Shown here one piece after another: positions 50,864 through 60,255 of a stretch of 64,000 nucleotides of DNA. The position numbers and the translations under genes were made by a program. Each line of letters starts with the position of its first letter. The first letter of the stretch is position 1. The notes beneath the pieces were generated by a model, which saw only the letters and a program-made list of their open reading frames with translations, ran no database searches and had not been told where the DNA came from. The DNA is from an uncultured Acidobacteriota bacterium (GTDB lineage: Bacteria > Acidobacteriota > UBA6911), in contig CAWHCF010000029.1 of NCBI GenBank assembly GCA_963827655.1, positions 128,001-192,000 on the forward strand, written 5' to 3'.

Positions 50864-52054
50864 ATGGCCCGTCTCTCCGGTGAAGGATTGCGTGTGGTTG
50901 TCTGCCTTTTTTTGGTTCTGTTCGTTGGGGTAGCCGACAACCAGGTCGTAAGCCCTCTGCTCCCCGCGATTCGGACGCAGCTGGGAAAGTCTACTCAGGA
51001 AGCCAGCATCTTGTTTACCGGGTATTCGCTTTCAGCCGGGTTGTCGGTTCTGATCTGGGGACCATTGTCTGACTTGTTTGGCTGCAAACGGGGTTTGCTG
51101 ACCGGTCTGGCGGTCTTTGTTTTCGGTTCGTCGATTTCATTCCTTTCGTTCGGTTATTTTTCGCTCTTGACCGGGCGCGTCGTAACGGGGATGGGGGCCA
51201 GCATGCTAAGCCTCAATACCATCTCCTACGCGGCCGATTATTTTCCCTACGCCAGGCGCGGCCTGGCCATGAGCTCGATATTCTCCTCTTACTTCGCCGC
51301 ACTCATCCTGGGAGTCCCGCTTTTATCGCTTCTCGGGGATGCTCTGGGGTGGAGCGCCGTCTTCGGGATTACCGGCGCCCTCGCGCTCTTGCTGCTTGCA
51401 TCAACCTACTGGTTGTTGCCGGCGGTGACAGGGCAGCCGCGTTCGACGGTTTCCGACCTCTTCCTGTTTCGGCAGCTCTCGACCTATTTCCAGTTTTTGA
51501 AGACGCGAAGCACTCTCGGCGCCCTGCTGAGCTCTTTTTTTGCTTCGGCTGGAATGATGGGGTTTCTGGCCTTTGTGGGCGTGTGGCTTCACGATAGCTT
51601 CGGGATAACCGGGAAACAGGTCGGGCTGATCTTCCTCGCCTCGGGCACCGCGGCTCTGCTGGCCTCCCCCTGGGCCGGAGCTTTATCGGACCGGATCGGG
51701 AAACGCTTTCAGTTCGTGATCAGCAGTCTCGCGCTCGCGGTCCTGCTGGTATGCCTCCCCCAGCTCAGGTGGGGGATTCCCCTCTTTCTAGTCTTCGCGG
51801 CCGTGAGCCTGGCGGCGGCGTTTCGCCAGGGTCCAATGGAGGCGCTCACCACCGAAGTAGTTCCGGCCGGCCTGCGCGGGTCGTTCATTGCCCTGAAGAA
51901 TTCGTTCTCTCAACTCGGAATTGGCGCCGCGGCACTCGCGTCGGGTATCCTGTTCGAGGTTGGGGGGTACGCAGCCGTCTGTCTTTTTTGCGCCGTACTC
52001 AGCCTCGCCGCGGCCGGCAGCATGTTCCTGCTGGTGCGCCAGGCGAATCTCTAG
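50864..52054 (+). CDS. MFS transporter
   Basis: About 12 TM helices, GPLSDLFG and GALSDRIGKR motif A copies. Confidence 0.92.
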   Translation: MARLSGEGLRVVVCLFLVLFVGVADNQVVSPLLPAIRTQLGKSTQEASILFTGYSLSAGLSVLIWGPLSDLFGCKRGLLTGLAVFVFGSSISFLSFGYFSLLTGRVVTGMGASMLSLNTISYAADYFPYARRGLAMSSIFSSYFAALILGVPLLSLLGDALGWSAVFGITGALALLLLASTYWLLPAVTGQPRSTVSDLFLFRQLSTYFQFLKTRSTLGALLSSFFASAGMMGFLAFVGVWLHDSFGITGKQVGLIFLASGTAALLASPWAGALSDRIGKRFQFVISSLALAVLLVCLPQLRWGIPLFLVFAAVSLAAAFRQGPMEALTTEVVPAGLRGSFIALKNSFSQLGIGAAALASGILFEVGGYAAVCLFCAVLSLAAAGSMFLLVRQANL

Positions 52055-52227
52055 CGGTGCTCTGGTTCCCTGGTCTCTGTCTGGCAGCGCAGGTCGGCGG
52101 GGTGATCGGGAATAGCCGGGTGGCCTGGCGGAAAAATATTTGGCAGCAAATTTTGGATTTAGCTAAAATATAAGGTTTAGACCAGCTTGACGAGTTTCCA
52201 ATTCGTACAATTTCGAGGAGGATTTCC

Positions 52228-53370
52228 TTGCAGACCGCAAAGTATAGCCTTCCAATCCTTTGCCTGGCTCTGACTCTCATTCAGTGTGGCGGGCACGATC
52301 CGGATGCCCCCGACGCGATGGCCGACATGCAGAAGAACAAATTCGTGCGCATCGCCACTGATGCAGTGAATTTGCCGTTTTCGTTTGGCTCCGGGACTGG
52401 AGTCCAGGGATTCGACGTCGATATCGGAGCCGAAATCGGCAAAGGCGTCGGCTACGAGGTGAAATGGATCAAAATGCCTTTTGAGCGGCTGTTTGAGCTT
52501 CTGAAAAAGGGGGAAGTCGAGCTGGTCATCTCGGCGATTTCAATCACCCCGGAAAGAAAAAAGGATCTCGCGTTCTCGGAGCCCTACTTTGAGAGCGGCA
52601 ATACGATCGCGCACCGCCGGGACAACAAGACGATTAAAGACCTGGCCAGCCTTGCGGGGAAGAAAGTCGGAGTTCAATCGAGCTCGACCGGTCAGAGATT
52701 CCTGGAGTCTCAGAAGACTGCCGCCAATGTGACGATCACAAAGTTTCCCACGCTGGATGACGCCCTCGGCGCACTCAATCGGACTGAGATTGACGCCGTC
52801 GTCGGCGACGAGCCCATCCTCACCTATAGCATTTACAAGAGCTTCCCGAATCTAATGACCGGCGGGCTCCGGGTTACTGAGGAAGAGTATGGCGTGGTTA
52901 CCCGCAAGAACGAAAAAGAGCTTCTGGCGAAGGTGAACGAGACGATTGCGCGTCTCAAGAAGTCCGGTGAGTTGGTCGAGCTGCGTAAGAAGTGGTTCCA
53001 GGACGTGATGGAGCGAACCAGCACCGAGCGTCAGGAGATGCGAAAGGACGAACAACTGAGAGAAGCGCCCAAAGCCGTGTCATTCAACATCGTCAAAACC
53101 GGTGGGGGCTACAATCTCGATCGGCTGGATGGGTTCGAAGTAAACCTGGTGGGATCGAATGGATCGTTCAAGTCCTCGCCCATAACCACGGCGGGGAACC
53201 GGGGCAGCTGTCGATTCAGCGCTCCGATACCTCCCGGTGAATACCGCCTGAATATGCCTGCCTTGAAAATCAACACGACGATTAATATTCCCAAGACGGC
53301 TTCTCGCTCTGTGACGATTGACATGCGGATCACGCCGAGCGGGATTGACTTCGTTCCGAGGACTTCGTGA
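52228..53370 (+). CDS. Family-3 substrate-binding lipoprotein with C-terminal extension
   Basis: Lipobox-like LIQC, GFDVDI, ISITPERKK..FSEPYF; GGAGG before TTG start. Confidence 0.88.
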   Translation: MQTAKYSLPILCLALTLIQCGGHDPDAPDAMADMQKNKFVRIATDAVNLPFSFGSGTGVQGFDVDIGAEIGKGVGYEVKWIKMPFERLFELLKKGEVELVISAISITPERKKDLAFSEPYFESGNTIAHRRDNKTIKDLASLAGKKVGVQSSSTGQRFLESQKTAANVTITKFPTLDDALGALNRTEIDAVVGDEPILTYSIYKSFPNLMTGGLRVTEEEYGVVTRKNEKELLAKVNETIARLKKSGELVELRKKWFQDVMERTSTERQEMRKDEQLREAPKAVSFNIVKTGGGYNLDRLDGFEVNLVGSNGSFKSSPITTAGNRGSCRFSAPIPPGEYRLNMPALKINTTINIPKTASRSVTIDMRITPSGIDFVPRTS

Positions 53371-53395
53371 TTCAGGCATCGATGCGCGAACGAGG

Positions 53396-54568
53396 ATGAA
53401 AGCACATTCGTTTCGAACCATTTTCATGACCGCCCTTATGTCGGCGGTCGTTACCCTGCTGCTGCTTCGTTGGGACTTGATCCCCGGGTTCGACGGCCGC
53501 GGGCGGCCCGCAGGGACCCGCGTGGAGGGAGCGTCGCCGCCTGCCGGCCAGCCCCCGCTGAGTCCTGACGAAGATACGAACATCCGCGTGTACAACAAAG
53601 TCAGCGCCGGGGTGGTCAACATAACCTCGATCGTCGTGGAATTCGATTTCTTTCTTTCCCCCGTGGCGAAGCCGGGAACCGGAAGCGGAGCGGTGCTGGA
53701 CCGCGACGGCAACATCGTCACCAACTACCATGTCATCGCTTCGGCGAGAGAACTGGAAGTGGCTTTGCCCGATCAGACCAAGTACCGCGCCGCGGTGGTC
53801 GGGGCGGACCCGCCTAACGACATCGCGGTGATCAAGATCAACGCGAAGCCTGAGCGCCTTCACCCTGTGCCGCTGGGTGAATCCGCAGGTCTCAAAGTGG
53901 GGCAGAAAGTGCTGGCGATCGGCAATCCGTTCCGGCTTCAGAACACACTCACCACCGGAATCATCAGCTCGCTGGGACGGACGATACAGACCGACAGCGG
54001 CGATCGGATTGAGAATATCATTCAGACCGATGCCGCGATCAATCCTGGCAATTCCGGCGGTCCCCTTCTGAATACTGCCGGAGAGATGATCGGTATAAAC
54101 ACGCGTATCTATAGTACCAGTGGCGGGAGCCTCGGGATCGGATTTGCGGTGCCGGTCAACACGGTTCGGCGTGTCACGGACGATCTAATCAAGCACGGTC
54201 GTGTGCTGCGCCCGTCGCTCGGGGTCGAGGGCTACACGATCACTGAATTTCTCCGCACCGGGCTCGACCTTCCGGTTGACCGTGGAGTCCTGGTGGCGCG
54301 GGTACATCCCGGGAGCGCAGCCGAGAGCTCTGACATCAAAGGGGCCTCGGAGGTTGCCGTCCTTTACAACGAGCGGGTTCTTGTGGGTGGAGATATCATT
54401 ACGCACGTCGACGGAAAGGCAATCTCATCGAGTGGAGACTTGCGGCTCGCGCTGGAAGGAAAAAGGCCGGGGGACACGGTGCAGATCACCATTTATCGCG
54501 GCCGCTCGAAACTTGAGAAGTCAGTGCTCCTCACGGAACTTCCTCGGCAGCGCGGCTTTCGTTTCTAG
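53396..54568 (+). CDS. HtrA/DegP-type serine protease with PDZ domain
   Basis: TNYHV, DIAVIK, QTDAAINPGNSGGPL. Confidence 0.95.
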   Translation: MKAHSFRTIFMTALMSAVVTLLLLRWDLIPGFDGRGRPAGTRVEGASPPAGQPPLSPDEDTNIRVYNKVSAGVVNITSIVVEFDFFLSPVAKPGTGSGAVLDRDGNIVTNYHVIASARELEVALPDQTKYRAAVVGADPPNDIAVIKINAKPERLHPVPLGESAGLKVGQKVLAIGNPFRLQNTLTTGIISSLGRTIQTDSGDRIENIIQTDAAINPGNSGGPLLNTAGEMIGINTRIYSTSGGSLGIGFAVPVNTVRRVTDDLIKHGRVLRPSLGVEGYTITEFLRTGLDLPVDRGVLVARVHPGSAAESSDIKGASEVAVLYNERVLVGGDIITHVDGKAISSSGDLRLALEGKRPGDTVQITIYRGRSKLEKSVLLTELPRQRGFRF

Positions 54569-54618
54569 TCCAACCTTCGGATCTCTTAGTGTTTCTTCGC
54601 GTCTTCGAGTCTTAGCGG

Positions 54619-55704
54619 TTGCTTTTGTTGGATTTCGTCGAATTGCCCAGCGCAGCTTGTTTAGTCGTAACGCTCTTGTTCGGGACGTTCCTTGGGACGT
54701 CCGCCGGACGCAGTCCCGACGAAGCGAGCGAGGTTGCCAAGCTCGCCGAGGGAGTCTACGCCCGCATTGTCCGTCCCGACGGTCCTGCCGTGAGCAACGC
54801 GGGATTCATCGTTCTGGAAAACGAAGTTCTGGTCTACGACACGCACGCGACTCCGGAGGCAGGCCAGGCGTTGCTCTCGGCGATTGCCACGGTTACTGCA
54901 AAACCGGTCCGCTACATAGTCAACAGTCACTTCCATCCTGATCACACCCATGGCAATCAGGTATTCGGCGGCTCAGTTCTGATCCTGGGCAGCACGAACG
55001 CGCGCCGCGACATACTGCAAAAAGACGTCCCGGCGATGAACCGCAGTCTTAACATCGCGCAAACTCAGCTCGCGAGAATGCGCAGGGAACTGCTTAAAGA
55101 GCGAGACCGCGACCTGCAAACTTCGTTACGCAACCAGATCCGGCAACGGCAGGAGTTTGTGGACCGCATCTCGAAGATCAGGGTCATTCCCCCGATCCTG
55201 ACTCTCGATGACAGGCTGACTCTTAAGGACGCCGCCCGGGAGATCCAGGTGTTCCACGTGGGCACCGGACACACGGAGGGCGATCTGATTCTGTTTTTAC
55301 CCAGGGAGAGGATTGCGTTTCTCGGCGATCTCTTCTTTAATCGGGCTTTGCCCAATGCGCAGGATTCTTTCCTGCTCCCTTGGATGGCGACGCTGGGCGC
55401 CATTTTGAAACTTGAAGCAGATGTCTTCGTGCCGGGTCACGGTCCCGTAGGGAACCGGGATCAGTTGAAGCAATTTCTCGAATACCTCGAGGATTTGAAA
55501 GCATCGATCGAGCCCAGGGTAAGCCGGGGGGACAGCATGGAACAGGTGCTTCAAGATTTACAGGTTCCAGCGAAATATGCTTCTTTCGATTTCCAGAATT
55601 TCTTTCCGGCCAACGTCCAGAGAATGTACGTCGAACTGAAGGGTCTGCGAGCGTCACAGACTCCGGGCTCAATTCCCAAAGCCGTTAAGAAGGCTCCTGA
55701 CTAA
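54619..55704 (+). CDS. Metallo-beta-lactamase fold hydrolase
   Basis: SHFHPDHTHGN, GHTEGD, GDL, PGHG; start uncertain. Confidence 0.9.
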   Translation: MLLLDFVELPSAACLVVTLLFGTFLGTSAGRSPDEASEVAKLAEGVYARIVRPDGPAVSNAGFIVLENEVLVYDTHATPEAGQALLSAIATVTAKPVRYIVNSHFHPDHTHGNQVFGGSVLILGSTNARRDILQKDVPAMNRSLNIAQTQLARMRRELLKERDRDLQTSLRNQIRQRQEFVDRISKIRVIPPILTLDDRLTLKDAAREIQVFHVGTGHTEGDLILFLPRERIAFLGDLFFNRALPNAQDSFLLPWMATLGAILKLEADVFVPGHGPVGNRDQLKQFLEYLEDLKASIEPRVSRGDSMEQVLQDLQVPAKYASFDFQNFFPANVQRMYVELKGLRASQTPGSIPKAVKKAPD

Positions 55705-55706
55705 CC

Positions 55707-56618
55707 ATGGCATGCATCCTGATCAGTGGTGGGAGCGGGTTTCTGGGACACAACCTGATCCTTGGGCTGGCGCGCGAACACCGCGTTATCGCGGGTTTTC
55801 ACAGCACTCGACTCGACCTTGAGCGCGCCGTTGCTGTACACCTGGACGTCACCCAGCCAGCGCAACTGGCTGAACAATTCACCCGGCTAAAACCGGATCT
55901 GGTGGTTCACGCGGCGGCTCTTTCCCAGCCCGACGAGTGCGAGAGGCACCCCGGGCGAGCGCAAGGCGTCATAGTCGACGGCAGCCGCAACATGGCGCAG
56001 GCATCGCGAGAGTTCGGGTTCCGTCTGATCCATATTTCTACCGATCTGGTTTTTGATGGAACGAAAGGAAACTACACGGAAGAAGATCAGGTGCGCGGAA
56101 TCTCAGTTTATTCGAGAGCGAAGATTGAAGCCGAAAGGATCGTGCGTGAAATTGCGCCCTCCGCAGTCATTCTTCGGATCGCCGTTCTCTACGGTCCCGG
56201 GAATCGCGATCATCCCGGATTCGTAGATACCGTGATGGCGCGCTGGCGCTCAGGTCAGCCCATGACCTTTTATGTCGATCAGTATCGAACGCCGACGTTT
56301 GCGCCCCAGGTCGCCGACGTGGTCCAGAATCTGTTACTTCATCCCGAATCAGCCGGGGTGTTTCACATGGGAGGGAGCGACCGGCTGTCGCGCTACGATT
56401 TCGGCCTGCTTCTCGCCCGTCAAGTCGGAGCGCCAGGATCTCTTGTGCAGGCCGGCAGCATGTGGGACACGGCAGGAGCCGCGCCACGGGGAGCCGATTG
56501 CTCGCTGGTCTCCACCAAGATTGTCGAGCTTCTTGGGGTGAAACCTCTCGCGTGCGCCGAAGGCCTGAAAAAAATGTGCCGCGACGGTTATCTGTTGTCC
56601 CTGAGCCGTTCCGATTGA
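55707..56618 (+). CDS. RmlD-like extended SDR (dTDP-4-dehydrorhamnose reductase family)
   Basis: GGSGFLG, HISTDLVFDG, YSRAK, DQYRTP. Confidence 0.9.
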   Translation: MACILISGGSGFLGHNLILGLAREHRVIAGFHSTRLDLERAVAVHLDVTQPAQLAEQFTRLKPDLVVHAAALSQPDECERHPGRAQGVIVDGSRNMAQASREFGFRLIHISTDLVFDGTKGNYTEEDQVRGISVYSRAKIEAERIVREIAPSAVILRIAVLYGPGNRDHPGFVDTVMARWRSGQPMTFYVDQYRTPTFAPQVADVVQNLLLHPESAGVFHMGGSDRLSRYDFGLLLARQVGAPGSLVQAGSMWDTAGAAPRGADCSLVSTKIVELLGVKPLACAEGLKKMCRDGYLLSLSRSD

Positions 56619-56704
56619 CGATTGACGATTTTAGGATTGAACGATTTGACTTGCTTTGATAGTTTGCGTTAACCACGACCCCAAGGTCGTCAATCGTTAA
56701 ATCG
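56612..56704. repeat. Inverted heptamer array (GATTGAC / GTCAATC)
   Basis: cgattgacgattgacgatttt... / ...gtcgtcaatcgttaaatcg; contains the RmlD-like stop. Confidence 0.85.
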
Positions 56705-56726
56705 GGAATGTGTTAAGCTGAACGCC

Positions 56727-57492
56727 ATGAGTTTCCAGCTGTCATCATCTTTCAGCCAGTCCTGCGCCTATTGCGGCGGATCGGGGTGGGAGAGAATCGA
56801 AGTTACGGGTACAGTCCGGCGCTGTCGCTGCGGTGAGTCGTTGCGTACCGAGCGGCTCCTTGCGGAGGCCAGGATTCCGCGACGCTACGAACATTGCGAT
56901 CTCGATTCGTACCATCCGAACGACCCAACCCAGAAAAGAGCCAAGACGGATGTAATCCGATTTCTGGAGAAGTATCCCCTGATCGACGTAGGTCTGCTCT
57001 TTCTCGGGTCGTGCGGGGTAGGGAAGACGCATCTGGCCGTGTCTATACTTCGGCAGGTGATTGCGGAAAAAGGCGACCCGGGGCTCTTTTTTGATTTTCG
57101 CGACTTGTTGCGCGAGATCCAGGGGAGCTGGAACACCATTTCCCAGACTTCGGAGATGGAAGTGCTCCGTCCGGTGCTCGAAGCCAAGGTCCTTGTGCTC
57201 GATGAGCTCGGAGCCAACAAGCCGACCGAATGGGTGAGAGACACGATCGCGCACATCATTAACTGCCGCTACAACGATAAGAGGTTGACGATTTTTACCT
57301 CGAACTATGTCGATGAGCCCGTGCGCCACGGAGAGCAGACGCTGGCGGACCGGATCGAAGTTCGAGAGGAGACGCTGGCAGACCGCATCGGAGTTCGGCT
57401 GCGCTCGAGGCTTTTCGAGATGTGCAAGGTGATAGAGATCCGAGGCGATGACTTCCGCCGGCAGATCAAACAAGCGCCAGTATCGATTCTGA
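56727..57492 (+). CDS. DnaC/IstB-like AAA+ ATPase with N-terminal Zn motif; probable +1 indel near 57477
   Basis: CAYCGG..CRC, GSCGVGKTHLA, LDELG, RLRSRL; removing one C gives KQAQYRF-TGA (57490-57492), otherwise the ORF reads into repeats to 57560. Confidence 0.85.
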
Positions 57493-57495
57493 TCA

Positions 57496-57591
57496 TTACG
57501 ATTGACGATTTACGATTGACTGACGATTGGCTTGATGGCTTGCATTGGGCACCAAACTAAATCGTCAATCGTCAATCGTAAATCGTAAATC
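57496..57591. repeat. Inverted heptamer array (GATTKAC / GTMAATC)
   Basis: ttacgattgacgatttacgattgactgacgattgg ... aaatcgtcaatcgtcaatcgtaaatcgtaaatc; abuts the ssb stop. Confidence 0.9.
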
Positions 57592-58033
57592 AAAATGGGA
57601 TATCGTCGTCGGTGATGCCGGGTTCGCCCAGGGCTTCGTCACTCTCGGCGGCAGTCTTGTTGGGACGAGGAGCGCTGGTTCCCCCCGCCTCCATTCCCTC
57701 GGGACGGCTTCCGAGCAGCACTAACTGGCTGGCAACGACCTCGACCGTGCGGCGTTTATTTCCGTCACGGTCATCCCACTCGCGGGTGCGAAGCCGCCCT
57801 TCGATATAGACCTGGCGCCCCTTGGTCAGGTAGCGCTTACTGAGATCCGCGAGCTTTTTCCAGGCCACGATGTTGTGCCACTCGGTGCGCTCCTGGCGCG
57901 TTCCGTTCTTATCAGTCCAGAAGTCGCTCGTGGCAAGACTGAAGTTTGCAACCGGCGAGCCGTCGGTGGTATAGCGGATCTCAGGATCCTTGCCGAGGCG
58001 GCCAATGAGCAAGACCTTGTTTAACGAGCTCAT
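57590..58033 (-). CDS. ssb: Single-stranded DNA-binding protein
   Basis: LNKVLLIGRLGKDPE, TEWH, DDDIPF tail. Confidence 0.98.
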   Translation of the reverse strand: MSSLNKVLLIGRLGKDPEIRYTTDGSPVANFSLATSDFWTDKNGTRQERTEWHNIVAWKKLADLSKRYLTKGRQVYIEGRLRTREWDDRDGNKRRTVEVVASQLVLLGSRPEGMEAGGTSAPRPNKTAAESDEALGEPGITDDDIPF

Positions 58034-58157
58034 AAATTATCCCTGAGCCGGACAAAAACCGGACCTGAACAGCGGTGTTGGCGAGTTGCTGACAATCGGT
58101 GGGTCGTTACCCATTAAGAACAGTTTCGGTTGCGGCCTCATTCAAAAGACCGTCGCG

Positions 58158-59018
58158 TTACGACTTGCGACGGGGAGGGCTGGGTTTGGCTAACCTTGAC
58201 GGGTCAACTCCAAGAGATTCTAGCTGGCTGCGGGCCAGTCCGGCCTCAGGTGCGTTAGGGTAGCGCTGAAGGACCGTCTTGAAGTCCTCCACCGCATTCT
58301 CTTTTTCCTTGAGAGCAACCTCGGCCAGTCCTCGCTTGTAAAGACTGCTCGCAACTTTGTCGCCCGCAGGGAAATCGTTCAGTATCTTGGTGAAAGCCGC
58401 GACGGCCTCCGGCAGCTTCTTGCTGTTGTAGTAGGCTTCGCCTATATAGTACTGAGCGTCGTCGGCCTTCTCGCTGGTGGGAAAGTTGGTTACGAAAGAA
58501 GAGAAGCCCTGGACCGCGAGATCCGTGTTTCCCTGGACCAAGTCACTGAACGCCTCGTTGAAGATTGTGTCGGCCGACATTGAAAGCGAACCGGGATCGC
58601 CCCCGGACGCTTGAAAACGTCGTTCGGTTATCGGCTTGGACTGCACCTTCAGTTCGCTTACCTGCTGCGCCAGCGCCGAAATGCGCGTTCCCGTATCATC
58701 GATTTTTTGATTCAGACTACGTACCTCTTGAAGCAGACCCTGGTTGCTGGATCGGTCGCTGGCCGCTTGAGTCTCCAGCAGGGTGGAAATCTTTCCCAGC
58801 AGGGCATTGGATTTGCCCATCTGGTCGTTGAGCTGACCTACCAGGCCTTTCAGACCCTCCGTCTGCTCGCTTACGGTTTTTTCGAGCAAGCGGATCTGGT
58901 TGGTCAACGCGAGGACATCGGTTTGAAGGCGGAGCAGATCTTCTTTTGTTCCGCCCTGGGCCGAGGGTGAAGCCCCGAGCACGACGCCGAGAAGAAAACA
59001 GCAAGTTATTCGCTTCAT
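58158..59018 (-). CDS. cpoB: Tol-Pal system protein CpoB/YbgF
   Basis: Signal peptide, coiled coil, TPRs (ADDAQYYIGEAYY); downstream of pal. Confidence 0.9.
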   Translation of the reverse strand: MKRITCCFLLGVVLGASPSAQGGTKEDLLRLQTDVLALTNQIRLLEKTVSEQTEGLKGLVGQLNDQMGKSNALLGKISTLLETQAASDRSSNQGLLQEVRSLNQKIDDTGTRISALAQQVSELKVQSKPITERRFQASGGDPGSLSMSADTIFNEAFSDLVQGNTDLAVQGFSSFVTNFPTSEKADDAQYYIGEAYYNSKKLPEAVAAFTKILNDFPAGDKVASSLYKRGLAEVALKEKENAVEDFKTVLQRYPNAPEAGLARSQLESLGVDPSRLAKPSPPRRKS

Positions 59019-59189
59019 TCGATATCTCCGTGCGAAAATTCACTGCATTATTTCACACGCAGAGCGAGGCTTCAACCAGATGCTTCCGCATTCTTCGCGC
59101 CCTGGTGTCTTCGCAGTGAATGAAGTCAGACTGCCAGAAGATGCAAACGCCTGGCTTTCCATCGGCTTCAAACCTTGCCGTCGAGGCTG

Positions 59190-59955
59190 CTATTTCAGAA
59201 CGAAGTGAGCCCGGCGGTTCTTGGACCAGGCTGTTTCATTGTGTCCAGGATCAAAGGGGCGTTCCTCGCCGTAGCTGACAGCTTTCGACGCGTCCCGCTC
59301 CGATTCCCTGGGCTACGAGGAATTCCTTGGTCGCGTTCGCGCGCCGGTCACCTAGCGCCAGGTTATATTTTTCCGATCCCCGTTCGTCACAATGTCCTTC
59401 AATCGTGAAATTCAGGTGCGCTCGTTCAGCGAGGCCGCGCGCGTTGGACTGCAACGTAGTGCGAGCGTCGTCGCGAATGGCATACTCGTCGTAATCGAAA
59501 AAGATATCGTCAATGTTCGTGGTGAACCATGCTTCATCGGCCACCAGGGTGGATTTCGGCGGGGGCGTTGCGGTGGCTTCAGTCACCGTAACTCGGGCGC
59601 TGGTATTCGCGCTGCCTCCTGGACCCGATGCTTTTGCCGTATAGGTGATGGAAGCCGCCGGAGTCACCTGTCGGCTGCCGCTGGCTTCGACGGTTCCGAT
59701 TCCCCCGTCGATCGTGACACTGGTCGCTTCGGTGGAATTCCATTTCAGCGTGGAAGCCTGGCCGCTGGTGATCGTCGATGGGGAGGCTTCCAAGGCGATG
59801 GTCGGAGCCGGAGCGGATGGTTTGGACGGGGGAGCCGGCGGGGCCGGCGGGGCTGATGGCGGCACGGTAGCCACCTTCTTTTTGGCGCACCCTGACTCGG
59901 CGACAAAAAGGGCGGCCAAGAGGAGAACCAAGAACGTGCAACTAGACTTCCTCAT
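59190..59955 (-). CDS. pal: Peptidoglycan-associated lipoprotein Pal with Ig-like insert; +1 indel at 59283-59285
   Basis: Lipobox [30 protein letters not shown]; the shifted frame continues [33 protein letters not shown]. Confidence 0.92.
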
Positions 59956-60255
59956 GAATCAAGACCTCCTTCTTCTGAGCTGATAATGGTGGTTATTGCA
60001 CTAAGTAGGTTAAGAGTTTCCGCTGCCCTGCCTTGCACATTCAGTGTTAACTGACGGAATCACTATAGCATAGCCCCGCAGTCAAGTTGAAAGAAATCAG
60101 CGTTCTGGGGCCCTGTCCAAACTTTTCCTGGTAAAGGGCCGTCGGTCAGTGGTCGCGCAGCTGTGCCGCAGGATAACGCCCCTGTTCACGACGTTCTCGT
60201 CGGATCCACCGGGCCCTTTCAGGAATCGACTCAGAGGCCTGGTTTTCAGCGCCTC

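Noticed and set aside
52187-52211. TTGACG-N13-TACAAT (and TTGACT-N12-TATAGT upstream of pal) as a short-spacer promoter class
   Set aside because: Only two examples, and the -10 elements could function with other upstream sequences. Not supportable without TSS data.
56727-57560. IstB of an IS21 element or a prophage replication module with ssb
   Set aside because: No IstA, no IS ends, no phage genes. ssb is a typical host copy on the opposite strand downstream of tol-pal.
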